From positions 96,001 to 160,000 of the forward strand of contig CAWEXO010000011.1 of the NCBI GenBank assembly GCA_963813025.1: a stretch of 64,000 bases of DNA, given 5' to 3'. The notes below the pieces were generated by a model. The model did no database searches. It saw nothing but the letters and a program-made list of their open reading frames with translations, and was not told where the DNA came from. Position 1 is the first letter of the stretch. Each line of letters opens with the position of its first letter. Positions 29,156-39,070 of the stretch are shown in pieces. Source of the stretch: an uncultured Verrucomicrobiae bacterium (lineage in GTDB: Bacteria > Verrucomicrobiota > Verrucomicrobiia > Chthoniobacterales > JAFAMB01). The position numbers and the translations under genes are program-made.

Positions 29156-29533
29156 ATGATGCTCACCCCGAACTGGCGCACCGCGTGCACTTCCCGATCA
29201 GGCTTCACTCTCGTGGAGTTGCTGGTTGTTCTGTCCATTGTCGCGGCGATGGCAGGGTTAATCAGCTTTGCCGTCGGTCGAACACTCACAAAACAGGACG
29301 AAAAGATGTGTCTGAACAATATGACGATGATCGAAGCGGCCAAGGATGAGTATGCTCGCGATCATGTCGGGCAGCCGATCGACCCGGTGGAGTTCGCGCG
29401 TTACTTCAAATTCTCCATCCCGCGGTGCCCCGACAATCCGCAGGAAGACTACGAAAACCTCTACAATCTCAACGCGCCGGTCGCCTGCCGAGTCCATCAG
29501 AACAATAGTGCGCTGCTCAATTCTGGAAAGTGA
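29156..29533 (+). CDS. Type IV pilin/pseudopilin
   Basis: Class III signal SG|FTLVELLVV; CLNNMTMIEAAKDEY, C-terminal RCP...CRVH. Confidence 0.85.
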   Translation: MMLTPNWRTACTSRSGFTLVELLVVLSIVAAMAGLISFAVGRTLTKQDEKMCLNNMTMIEAAKDEYARDHVGQPIDPVEFARYFKFSIPRCPDNPQEDYENLYNLNAPVACRVHQNNSALLNSGK

Positions 29534-30588
29534 CTCCTCCACCGCACGCGACCAGGCAAGCGATCGAAGACAAACTTCGCTCCATTGTCAGCTTTGTCCG
29601 GCATCATCCGGTCAGTGATGTCTCCTTATTCGACACCCACATCATGGCCCGTGACGACGGGCAAGTGATCCGCCTCTCCGAAGAGGGCGCTCTGTCCAGC
29701 ACAGAGATTCAGGAGCTGATCGCTTACCTGCTAGCGCGCAACCCGTGCTCGCCGCCCAAGAGTTCTTTGTCGGCTCAGGACTTCACGCTGGAGCTTTTTG
29801 GGAAACGGTTTCGGATAAATATCGCCCGAGCGCAAGGCTCGCCTTTTGCCTCTCTGCGACCTTTACCCGATGCTCCCCCGGCCGGCTCTGAGCTTGGTTT
29901 GCCGACCAAGCTGCTGCAGCATGTTTCGGCTTTGCGGGACGGCCTGGTTCTGGTCACCGGTCCGACCGGGTCAGGGAAGACCTCGACCATTGCGGCCTTC
30001 GTCGAAGCAATCAACGAAACAAGGCCAGTCAAAATTATTACCATTGAGGATCCGATCGAGTTTCAATTCACCGGCCGGAGGGCGGAGATCATTCAACGGG
30101 AAGTTGGCCGTGATACTGCTTCTTACGATGTTGCGACGCGGGAAAGCCTGCGCCAGAATCCAGATGTTATTGTGATCGGAGAGATCCGGGATCGGGATAC
30201 CGCGCTGTCCGCTCTGCAAGCCGCGGAAACGGGTCACCTAGTGATCGGCAGTCTTCACGCCACGAGCGTCGTAGAAACCATCTCCCGCTATCTTTTGCTT
30301 GGTCCAGCCGAGCGAATGAACGAGACGCGCTATATCCTGGCCCGCACGTTGCGGGTCTTGATTAACCAACGGCTTCTCAGGAAACGCGCCGGCGGTCGTC
30401 TCGCCGTGCGCGAGATCTGTTTACAGATCCCGAAAGTAGAAGCGGTGATTTTGAAAGGCGATGAACAGGAGTTGATAAGCCATATGTTGGCTGGACGCGA
30501 TATTGGTATGATCGATTTTCAGAGCGCCCTCAAAGGAGTCCAACACCTGGTTGATCCGGCAGAATACCAGTTTTATCTGAGCCGTTAG
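29530..30588 (+). CDS. PilT/PilU-like secretion ATPase
   Basis: GPTGSGKTST, TIEDPIE, LRQNPDVIVIGEIRD, AAETGHLV..SLH; AIRNLIRE replaced by KVEAVILK. Confidence 0.85.
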   Translation: MTPPPHATRQAIEDKLRSIVSFVRHHPVSDVSLFDTHIMARDDGQVIRLSEEGALSSTEIQELIAYLLARNPCSPPKSSLSAQDFTLELFGKRFRINIARAQGSPFASLRPLPDAPPAGSELGLPTKLLQHVSALRDGLVLVTGPTGSGKTSTIAAFVEAINETRPVKIITIEDPIEFQFTGRRAEIIQREVGRDTASYDVATRESLRQNPDVIVIGEIRDRDTALSALQAAETGHLVIGSLHATSVVETISRYLLLGPAERMNETRYILARTLRVLINQRLLRKRAGGRLAVREICLQIPKVEAVILKGDEQELISHMLAGRDIGMIDFQSALKGVQHLVDPAEYQFYLSR

Positions 30589-30596
30589 TGCGTCGC

Positions 30597-32372
30597 TCAA
30601 AAATCCGGGGGATTTTTGAGCGACGCAGGCTTCCGACGTAAAACGCTTCCGATTTGGTCAAGGGGGAGACAGTTAACGACATCGTCGCGCGTCAACCAGC
30701 CTTTCCGTGCGATCTGTACGCCGAACCAAAGATCGTGCAGCCGCCCCGTTGAATGGGCGTCCGGATTGATTGCGCACTTCACTCCCTCCTTCTTGGCGAG
30801 CGGCCAATACCGCCAGTCCAACTCCAGACGCCGCGGATTGGCGTTGAGTTCGATCAAGGTCCCGGTTCGGGCGGCGGCCTTAATAACCGCCGGGATATCC
30901 AGCGCATACGGTTCGCGAGAGAGCAGCATCCGCCCGGTCAGATGTCCCAACATTGTGACAAAAGGGCTTTCTATCGCGCGAATCACTCGCTCTGTCATTT
31001 CCTTCTCGGAAAGGGTGAAAGCGGCATGGACGCTAGCGACTACGTAATCCAGCTGCGCCAGGACTTCGTCGGAAAAATCGAGGCTTCCATCGCGGAGGAT
31101 GTCGCATTCCACTCCGGCAAAGATCCGGAATTCATCCCCGTAGCGCCGGTTCATTTCCCTGATCCGGCTGACTTGGTCCAGCAGCCGTTTTTCATCAAGT
31201 CCGTATGCTTGAACCGAGCTCTTGCTGTGATCGGCTATGCCCAGATAACTCAGGCCCAGTTCCCAGGCCGCATCCGCCATTTCGATCAGTGAATTGCGGC
31301 CGTCGGATTCAGTCGTGTGACAATGAAATGTCCCCCGCAAGTTCGACCACTCAATCAGCTTGGGAAGGCCGCCTGACTCAGCCGCTTCGATCTCACCGCT
31401 GTATTCCCGGATCTCGGGCGGGATAAATGCGAGGCCAAGCGCCTGATAGAGTTCCGCCTCGGTGTTGATCGCTGGGATTTCTTTAACCGCGCGTTTTGTG
31501 TTGGGATCCGGGCCGAGCCGGTATTCATTCAGGGTCCAGCCGTTAAGCAGGGCTCGTCCGCGGAGCGCGACATTGTGCTCTTTGCTGCCGGTGAAATATC
31601 CAAGAGCAAAAGGAAACTGCTGATTGCTCACTACGCGCAAATCCGCCTGTATACCAGAGCGCAGCAGCACGCTCACTTTGGTATCTCCTTGGGCGAGAAC
31701 TCGATCGATTGCAGGGTAGGCCACGAAATGGGCCAGGACATTTCCCGGCGCTCTCGTTGCTACGAGAAAGTCGAGGTCGCCAACGATCTCTTTGCTCCGG
31801 CGCAAACTGCCGGCCACGCTAATTTGCAAGACATCCGGATGATCGCGAAAATGTTCGAGGAGTTGGTCTGACCAGTCGACCGCATCCGAGAGCAGAAACC
31901 GGCCAGCGTGCTGCCGGCGCCGCTCAATCGAGCGGAGCAGGTTATCTGCGGTCTTCTCTCCAAACCCGGGCAACCCGGCAACTCGCCCGTCCCTGCAGGC
32001 TTTCTCCAGCTGGTCGATCGTTGCGATCTGGAGTTTGTCGTAAAGCGCCTTGACTTTTTTCCCTCCCAGCCCTTGCAGCTCAAAGAGTTCGAAAATGGTT
32101 TCCGGAAAGGTGGCGCGCAACTCTTCGAAGTATGCCAAACGACCGGTTTGGACGAACTCGGATACCTTTGCCGCGATCGCGTCCCCAATTCCCACAAGTT
32201 CCTTCAGCCGCTTGTTCTCCACTGCTTCGAGCAGATTGCCGGAGAACGATTCGATCGCGCGCGCCGCGTTAGTGTACGCCCGAATTTTAAAAGCGTTTTC
32301 TCCTTTGATCTCGAGCAGACGCGCGATGGTCTCCAGCAAATCGGCCGTCTCGGATTTTTTGACCGTTGGCAT
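30597..32372 (-). CDS. polX: DNA polymerase X with PHP domain
   Basis: GENAFKIRAY, AGSLRR..VGDLD, ADLR, YFTGSKEHN, HCHT..SDG, NPDAH. Confidence 0.93.
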   Translation of the reverse strand: MPTVKKSETADLLETIARLLEIKGENAFKIRAYTNAARAIESFSGNLLEAVENKRLKELVGIGDAIAAKVSEFVQTGRLAYFEELRATFPETIFELFELQGLGGKKVKALYDKLQIATIDQLEKACRDGRVAGLPGFGEKTADNLLRSIERRRQHAGRFLLSDAVDWSDQLLEHFRDHPDVLQISVAGSLRRSKEIVGDLDFLVATRAPGNVLAHFVAYPAIDRVLAQGDTKVSVLLRSGIQADLRVVSNQQFPFALGYFTGSKEHNVALRGRALLNGWTLNEYRLGPDPNTKRAVKEIPAINTEAELYQALGLAFIPPEIREYSGEIEAAESGGLPKLIEWSNLRGTFHCHTTESDGRNSLIEMADAAWELGLSYLGIADHSKSSVQAYGLDEKRLLDQVSRIREMNRRYGDEFRIFAGVECDILRDGSLDFSDEVLAQLDYVVASVHAAFTLSEKEMTERVIRAIESPFVTMLGHLTGRMLLSREPYALDIPAVIKAAARTGTLIELNANPRRLELDWRYWPLAKKEGVKCAINPDAHSTGRLHDLWFGVQIARKGWLTRDDVVNCLPLDQIGSVLRRKPASLKNPPDF

Positions 32373-32377
32373 AACTT

Positions 32378-32836
32378 TCAGCTGCGCGGCAGGCCGGCGA
32401 CAACCGCGCCGGGTTCCACCCGATGCCGGGCGAACCAACCTTCGTTCGCTTCCAAGGCAAAGGCGACCTCGTCAGATCGGCTCTGGATGTTGGTCTCATC
32501 GAATGGTTTCATCGAACGAATCTCCAGGACTTTGCCGGATGCATCGATGAAAGCGATCGACAGCGGGATTTTTGTATTGCGCATCCAGAACTGAGCCTGC
32601 TTTGGCGGCTTAAATTCGAAAATCATCCCATGATCTTCCGGCAAGGAATCGCGGAACATCAGGCCGGTGGCCTCTTTATCCGGTGTGTCAGCCACCTCTG
32701 CGACAATTGGTTCTGATCCGACCTGAAGCCGAACGGTTTTCCAACCAAAGGCGTTTGTTTCCGCCTTTTCGCCACATCCGGCGACGAGGAAAAACAGGGG
32801 GAGGCAAACCGCTCTGATTGCTCGCGGTAAGATCAT
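32378..32836 (-). CDS. DUF192 family lipoprotein
   Basis: Lipobox LVAGC, EVADT..GLMFR, GMIF, FWMRNTKIPLSIAFID, ALEANEG. Confidence 0.88.
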   Translation of the reverse strand: MILPRAIRAVCLPLFFLVAGCGEKAETNAFGWKTVRLQVGSEPIVAEVADTPDKEATGLMFRDSLPEDHGMIFEFKPPKQAQFWMRNTKIPLSIAFIDASGKVLEIRSMKPFDETNIQSRSDEVAFALEANEGWFARHRVEPGAVVAGLPRS

Positions 32837-32838
32837 CC

Positions 32839-34011
32839 TCACGCGCCGGACCTTTCTTCCGAGGAGGCAAGCCGCGTCGCTTGCACAATCTGCTCTCTCA
32901 ACACCAGAGCATCCTTGAGCGCTCTCTTCACCGTCGGTGCGAGCACGCAGAAATGGCCCATTTTTCTTCCCGGCCGACCTTCGGATTTGCCATACAAATG
33001 CAATTTCGCCTCTGGATGGTTGAGGATCGGAGTCCAGTTGGGTGGTTGACCGTTGCGCCACAAATCGCCAAGGAGATTCACCATGACAACGGGCCGCAGA
33101 AGATCGGTCGAGCCGAACCTCAAGCCGCAAACCGCCCTCAGCTGTTGTTCGAACTGGCTGGTCACGCATGCGTCGAAACTATAATGACCGGAATTATGTG
33201 GTCTCGGGGCCAGCTCATTGACAAAAAGTTTGCCGTCCGGAAGTAGAAAGAATTCAACTGCGAGAACACCCACGATCTCCAGGTCGACCGCGATCGATTC
33301 TGCGATTTGCCGCGCTTCTCTTTTGACCGACGGCGAAAACCTGCCCGGGACAATCGTATGGTCAAGGATACGATTGGCGTGCACGTTTTCGGCCACCGGA
33401 AACGAAGTGACCGCGCCGTCAAGCCCCCGAGCGCAGATTACCGACAGCTCAGCCGTACGGTCCAACCAGCTCTCCAGAACGCCGATCGTTCCCGCGAAGC
33501 GTTCAAAATTGAACGGTTCGCCTTTCGGGAGACGGACCTGCCCTTTTCCGTCATAGCCAAAAGTCGCCGTCTTAAGGACAACCTCAGACCCAAGCCTCCG
33601 GCGGGCCTGATCAAGCTCACGTTGGCTCGCCACAATCTCAAATGGAACGACGGGATAACCCCGGTCGCGCAAGAAGGCTTTTTCCCGCTTCCGGTTTTGG
33701 CAGCTCAAGAGCACCTCCGCACGGGGATGCACTGGCTTCGATTGGGCGATACGCGTTACCACCTTCGTCGGAATGTTTTCAAATTCGAAGGTGACGACGT
33801 CGACCGATTCGGCGAACTCGGTGACAAGATCATCGTCAGAAAATGATCCGCAGAATTCCCGGTCCGAGATTTGCCCAGCCGGACTATCCGACCGGGATTC
33901 GTAGGTGTGCACGCGATAACCCATCCTACGGGCCGCGATCGCAAACATCCGTCCAAGCTGGCCGCCGCCAAGCAGCCCAATAATCGAGCCCGGCGGGATC
34001 ACCTGTTGCAT
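32839..34011 (-). CDS. purK: N5-CAIR synthase
   Basis: GGGQLGRM, TFEFEN, GYDGKGQ, NELAPRPHNSGH, SQFEQQLRA, HLYGK..RKMGH. Confidence 0.95.
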   Translation of the reverse strand: MQQVIPPGSIIGLLGGGQLGRMFAIAARRMGYRVHTYESRSDSPAGQISDREFCGSFSDDDLVTEFAESVDVVTFEFENIPTKVVTRIAQSKPVHPRAEVLLSCQNRKREKAFLRDRGYPVVPFEIVASQRELDQARRRLGSEVVLKTATFGYDGKGQVRLPKGEPFNFERFAGTIGVLESWLDRTAELSVICARGLDGAVTSFPVAENVHANRILDHTIVPGRFSPSVKREARQIAESIAVDLEIVGVLAVEFFLLPDGKLFVNELAPRPHNSGHYSFDACVTSQFEQQLRAVCGLRFGSTDLLRPVVMVNLLGDLWRNGQPPNWTPILNHPEAKLHLYGKSEGRPGRKMGHFCVLAPTVKRALKDALVLREQIVQATRLASSEERSGA

Positions 34012-34095
34012 AGCCTGCACATTGGAGAAAACTTCCTTCTCTGCACGGCTTTTTTCGATCTTTCCTCCCCATTGCCGCTTGATAAAATACGCTGG

Positions 34096-34590
34096 ATGTT
34101 TGCCGAATGGGAGATCAAGCCTCGAGGAAGAAAATGCGCGCGGACGAGCCAGCAGTTTCGTGACGGGGAACCGATTTACACACTCCTCTTCCGTCAGGGC
34201 GGCGGTTTCCGGCGGGAAGATATTTCCGAGGCGGCTTGGGCGACTCGGCCAGCGGAACTGGTACCTTTCTCTTTTTGGCGCTCTGCTTATAAAGAACCGG
34301 ATCCACCCGCCCCGGAGACTCTTCCAAAAGAAACCGGCGAAAACTTACTGCGCCGTTTGCTTCGAGAAGATCGGCCGGAGGACGCCAATACGCGCTATAT
34401 CCTTGCCTTGATGCTTGAAAGGAAAAAAGTGCTTCGCCAGGTGGATGCTCGAGCTTTGGAGTCAGGGCGCCTTTTGGTTTACGAGCATGCCAAGACCGGC
34501 GAAGTGTTCCTTATCGCCGATCCCCAATTGCAGCTTTCGGAGCTCGAGAAGATTCAAAGCGAGATTTACGCTCGTCTCGCCGCCGGCTGA
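34096..34590 (+). CDS. Conserved-looking hypothetical protein
   Basis: MFAEWEIK..FSFWRS..YILALMLERKKVL; TAAAAT 7 nt before ATG. Confidence 0.7.
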   Translation: MFAEWEIKPRGRKCARTSQQFRDGEPIYTLLFRQGGGFRREDISEAAWATRPAELVPFSFWRSAYKEPDPPAPETLPKETGENLLRRLLREDRPEDANTRYILALMLERKKVLRQVDARALESGRLLVYEHAKTGEVFLIADPQLQLSELEKIQSEIYARLAAG

Positions 34591-34669
34591 GACACCACCA
34601 GCCGGCATAGGGCCAAAGACCTGGTGCAATACGGGAGTCCGCAAAGGGGACAGGTCAACTTGATCCGCT

Positions 34670-34726
34670 GTAGAACGAGGTTCCAGCTTGCCGGGTTTTA
34701 GCGACCGGCAGGGATGCCGATGCTAC
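34670..34726. repeat. Degenerate inverted pair of GTAG-type REP units
   Basis: GTAGAACGAGGTTCCAGCTTG on +; GTAGCATCGGCATCCCTGCCGGT on -. Confidence 0.5.
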
Positions 34727-34788
34727 GGCGGGGGACGACCCATCGGCCCCGTTGATTCCGCGACGACGCAACGTAAAGTAGGCCCCGC

Positions 34789-35793
34789 ATGTTACCCTGG
34801 TTCACGAATAGTAAGTGTCCCCTCTATCTGGCGCCGATGGCCGGGGTAACCGATTCGGTCTTCCGCCGGCTGTGCAAAGAACAGGGAGCTGATGTCCTGG
34901 TCACCGAATTTGTTTCGGCGGAGGGAATTCTCCGGCGGAACGAGCGAACCCGGGAGATGATTCGTTTCGTGCCCGCAGAAAGGCCGATCGGCGTTCAACT
35001 TTTCGGCTCAGAAGCAGCCCGAATGGCGGAGGCCGCCCGGGCGGTGCTCGACTGGACGGAACCGGATTTTATTGACCTGAATTTCGGATGCCCGGTGAAC
35101 AAGGTGGTTTGCCGGCACGGCGGCGCGGCGCTCCTCCGGGATTGCCCGCTTTTGGCGAAGGTAGCACAAGAAGTAGCGAAAGCTGCTTCTCCTGCGCCCG
35201 TAACGGCAAAGATACGACTTGGGTGGAGCAGCGATTCGATTAACGCCGTGACTACCGCGCGCATTCTCGAGCAAGCAGGTATTCAGGCGATCGCCGTGCA
35301 TGGCCGGACGAAAGAGCAGTCTTACGGCGGTGAAGCGGATTGGAATAGAATAGCCGAGGTGGCTGCGGCCGTCCGAGTTCCGGTAATCGGAAACGGTGAC
35401 ATCCGTTCTGCGCGAGACGCCGCAGACCGCCGGACTGGCTCAGGGGTGACTGGTCTTATGATCGGGCGAGCCGCAATGACTGCGCCGTGGCTTTTTCGCC
35501 AAATCAAAGCATTTCTCATAAATGGGGAAACTTTGCCGGATCCGAGCCTGGAGGACCGATGGCAGCATATCAGGACCCATTGTCGTTTGGCGGTTGCCGA
35601 GAGCACTGGCGAAAACGCGACGATGACTTCGCTGCGAGGACGCCTGATGGCCTATTCCAAAGGGATGCCCGAAAGCCGGCTACTCCGCGCTGAACTCCAA
35701 AAAATCGTCAGCCTGGCCGAGTTGGACTTGATCGCTGAACAGCATCTCGTGTGGGCAAGGAAGGCAACCGATCTAGAACTTATCGTCGGGTAG
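34789..35793 (+). CDS. dusB: tRNA-dihydrouridine synthase (DusB/NifR3)
   Basis: LAPMAGVTD, DLNFGCPV, KIRLGW, HGRT, GNGDI, MIGRAA. Confidence 0.92.
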   Translation: MLPWFTNSKCPLYLAPMAGVTDSVFRRLCKEQGADVLVTEFVSAEGILRRNERTREMIRFVPAERPIGVQLFGSEAARMAEAARAVLDWTEPDFIDLNFGCPVNKVVCRHGGAALLRDCPLLAKVAQEVAKAASPAPVTAKIRLGWSSDSINAVTTARILEQAGIQAIAVHGRTKEQSYGGEADWNRIAEVAAAVRVPVIGNGDIRSARDAADRRTGSGVTGLMIGRAAMTAPWLFRQIKAFLINGETLPDPSLEDRWQHIRTHCRLAVAESTGENATMTSLRGRLMAYSKGMPESRLLRAELQKIVSLAELDLIAEQHLVWARKATDLELIVG

Positions 35794-36530
35794 GGCTTCC
35801 GCAGCAGTGCTTATACTTTTTCCCACTGCCGCACGGACAGGGGGCGTTGCGCGGAACCTGGGTTTCGGCGACCGCCTGCTGAGGTTCCACAAAGTCGTCC
35901 AACTCCGCCTCAAACTGCCAATACCTCGAGATCAGCGGAACCAGATCGCCGATGAGTCCAATTGTTACCGCGGCTCCTTCCTCGGTATTGGCAACCTTGA
36001 TTGCTCGCCACATCTCAGGATCAGCCGTCGCGATAATGACGGCGATGGCTTTCTCGCGGCGCAGGTCTTCGAACCAGTTTCGGATCGCGCTCAGTCCGCC
36101 CGCTTTCAGAGTGATGGGCAGACGATCCGCAATAGATGCTTTTTCTGGACCCGCCGCGATCGCGGTGAATAGCCCATGCAGTTTCGCTATACTGATTCGT
36201 TCCCCAGGGTTCGGTTCGAGGAACTGCATCATCTCCGCTTCCTCTTCGTCCGAGAGCACAGAAGACTCATCCTCGCAGGCTTCCCATTCCTCCTCCTTTG
36301 CCAGGTCGTGCTCGCCCCCATTTCCCGTTCCCTGGGCAGCTCGTCCGAGGAGGTCGGTGCTGTCGCCGGCGCTTGCTGGTTCTCCGGTTCAGCTTGGAGA
36401 TCGCCCACTTGAATCTCGAGGGCGGCTAACCAATCGATAGCGATCTGGCGCATCCGCGCGCTGTGGAAACTCAACCATTGATCATGCGTCTGGGAGTCGT
36501 GCCTCAAGGTATCTCTGAAACGACGAATTT
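35780..36530 (-). CDS. UPF0158-like fragment joined to YecA-like/SEC-C protein (frameshifted, probably 5'-truncated)
   Basis: RRFRDTL..DQWLSFHSARMRQIAIDWL, LHGLFTAIAAGP, C-terminal RNAPCPCGSGKKYKHCCG. Confidence 0.6.
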
Positions 36531-36581
36531 AACCAATGTTCCCCTATATGCACGAATAACTCCTCGGTCTGAAGGCGGGGC

Positions 36582-37951
36582 TCACGAGACCAGTTGAGAA
36601 TGGATCGGGGGTTCTGATACCCCGGGAAAACGGCTCAACCGAAAAAAACGCAGGGTGAAGACCGCAGCGGCGACGAACAAACCCAGCGCCAGCCCACACC
36701 ACACACCAAGAGCGCCGAAACCCATAACAAACCCGCAGAGATAGGCAAAGGGAATCGCGACTCCCCAATAGCATCCGCAAGAAATCCACATTGGGATGCG
36801 GACGTCAGCCATACCACGAAGCGCTCCTGCCGCTGTGACCTGGACCCCGTCCGCTAGCTGAAAGATTCCTGCGACCAGGACAAGCAAGCTGGCAATGGAC
36901 ACGACTTCGCGATCGATCGAGAACAGCTGCGGGATTTGATGATTCCAAAATCCAAAGGCAACAGCAGAACACCCCATCACTGCGACCGCTGCCGCCGTCC
37001 GCCGCAACCGATTATTCGCGTTAACGCCTGTTGACCCGCGCCGAGCGCGTGACCGATGCGAATGGTGACTGCTTGGGAAATCCCGAGCGGAAACATGAAC
37101 GTCGTCGCCGCGCAGGTGATGGCTATCTGATGAGCCGCCAAGGTGCTCGCGCCGATCCAGCCCATCATGACGGCGCTGAAGCTGAAAGCCCCCACCTCGG
37201 CCAGGTATTGCAATCCGACGGGAATCCCCATGGCTAGAAGAGATCGCAATAGCCGGCTATCGAGCAATCCGGGGGACAAGTCTCTGACACGGATGCCGGT
37301 AATCCGGAGCGCATAGAAAAGGGTGCCGAGCATCGCGAATGACCTCGACCAAAAAGTCGCATACGCCGATCCGGCAAGTCCCAGCCTTGGCGCGCCCAGC
37401 AAACCAAAAACCAGAACGACGTTCAAAACAAAATTCAGCACAACCGAGAGGTAGAGAATCACCATCGGCACGGTGGGTCGCCCCAGCGATTCACAGAACG
37501 ATGGTGCAGCGATATAGCCAAGGCCAGGAACCAAGGACCACGCCACAATAATCAGAAAGGGGCTGCTCGCCGCTAAAACCAGTCGCGGCTGGCCAAGCAC
37601 GGGAAGAACGGGAAAAGAAAAACAGACCAGCAGAGCCAAGGCGCTTCCCAAACCAAGAGAAAGCCAGAGCGAAGTTCCCAAAAGCTTCCGTCTCTCTTCG
37701 ATTAGTCCAGCCCCGTGCGCTTGAGCGCCAATGATCGCGGTTGACGCGAGTATTCCAAGCCCAAAAACGAAAAGCATGGTGACAATGGAATTGGCGAAAG
37801 CAATGGCAGCGAGCGCGGTTACCCCGAGGTGCCCAACAACCAGTGTGTCAGTGAGGGCCATTAACATTTGGCCAGCCTGTCCGAACATCATCGGCAGGGC
37901 TAGCTGAACAGTTTTGCGCAGTTCAGACAGGAAAAGACGGATCCGCGACAC
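36582..37951 (-). CDS. MATE family efflux transporter (frameshift near 37000)
   Basis: LALPM..DTLVVGHLG, AAHQIA..FMFPLGIS.A.TIRIG, FQLADGVQV..GALRG. Confidence 0.88.
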
Positions 37952-38102
37952 AGGGCGGCTACGGTGGCACAGGGTTGCCGGTCTGTCAGTGCAGTTTCAT
38001 TTCACCTCACCTCATTTGCTTTTAGGCCAACCGGATTCCATATTCGCGCGTGATTGCCAGACGCAAGTTAAGTATAAGATTGGCAACGAACGGCTGGTTA
38101 AG

Positions 38103-38417
38103 GTGACTGAGCGTGCCGCCGCGAAGGTCGCGCAACTTTTACAACGACAGGGAAGACCTGGAGGGGCTTTGCGCGTTGCGGTGATCGGCGGCGGCTGTTC
38201 CGGACTCCAGTACAAAATGGACTTGGTTGACGGTCCCGCAAATCGCGACATCCTGGTAGAATCAAATCGCGTCCGCGTCGTGGTTGATCCGAAAAGCGCG
38301 TTCTTTGTCAGCGGCTCCATGCTGGATTTCAGTGACGATCTCCAAAAAGGTGGATTCAAGGTCACAAATCCGAATGCGGTCGCGCATTGTTCGTGCGGAG
38401 AGAGTTTTTCTGCATGA
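38103..38417 (+). CDS. iscA: HesB/IscA Fe-S assembly protein (start uncertain)
   Basis: GGGCSG, NPNA..CSCGESF. Confidence 0.88.
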   Translation: MTERAAAKVAQLLQRQGRPGGALRVAVIGGGCSGLQYKMDLVDGPANRDILVESNRVRVVVDPKSAFFVSGSMLDFSDDLQKGGFKVTNPNAVAHCSCGESFSA

Positions 38418-38977
38418 CGGATTACTTCGCTTTACTCGGGATGCCTCGCCGTGCTGTGCTCGACAACAACCTTTTAAAAGAAGTCTTTATTCGCCAAAGT
38501 GAACAACTCCGTCGAAGAACTGGATGCGACCGCTGAATTGCAAGTTCTAAACGAAGCTTTCGTGCTCTCCAAAACCCAAGCAGGCGCATTCGGCATCTTC
38601 TCGAACTCGAGCAGAGTCCAGTTGCCAACGACAGAGACCAATTTGAACTTGCACAGCTTTTCGGAACAGTCGTGCGAGCGATCGAAGAGTTCGATGGAAG
38701 GTTTGATTCGGCTAACTCCGAGAATTCTCTCGTAGTACGCGCAATCAGGATGCACGGCTTAGCCACGGCCCGGCAGGAGCTGGAGACTGCCGAAACGTCC
38801 GTCGAATCGGAGGAACAACGGTTGCACGATGAACTCAGCGAGATCGACCGCGAATGGGCATCCCATCGCGAGAGATGCGGCCCGCGCCTTGCCCAGATCG
38901 CCGCCGAACTTAGTTTTCTCCAAAAATGGTCCGGCCAAATCCGGGAGCGGACTTTGCGCTTCGAGGAACTCGTCTAG
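38414..38977 (+). CDS. HscB-like J-domain co-chaperone (frameshifted)
   Basis: MTDYFALLGMPRR, LNEAF, PSRRIRHLLEL, helical C-terminus; lies between iscA and Hsp70. Confidence 0.6.
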
Positions 38978-39070
38978 TATATCATCTCGCAGGTAACCTC
39001 CCGGCAGCCACCAGCGTCACCAATCATGCGAGGCGGTACACTAAGCACGCTCTGATCAGAGATCCAAAAC

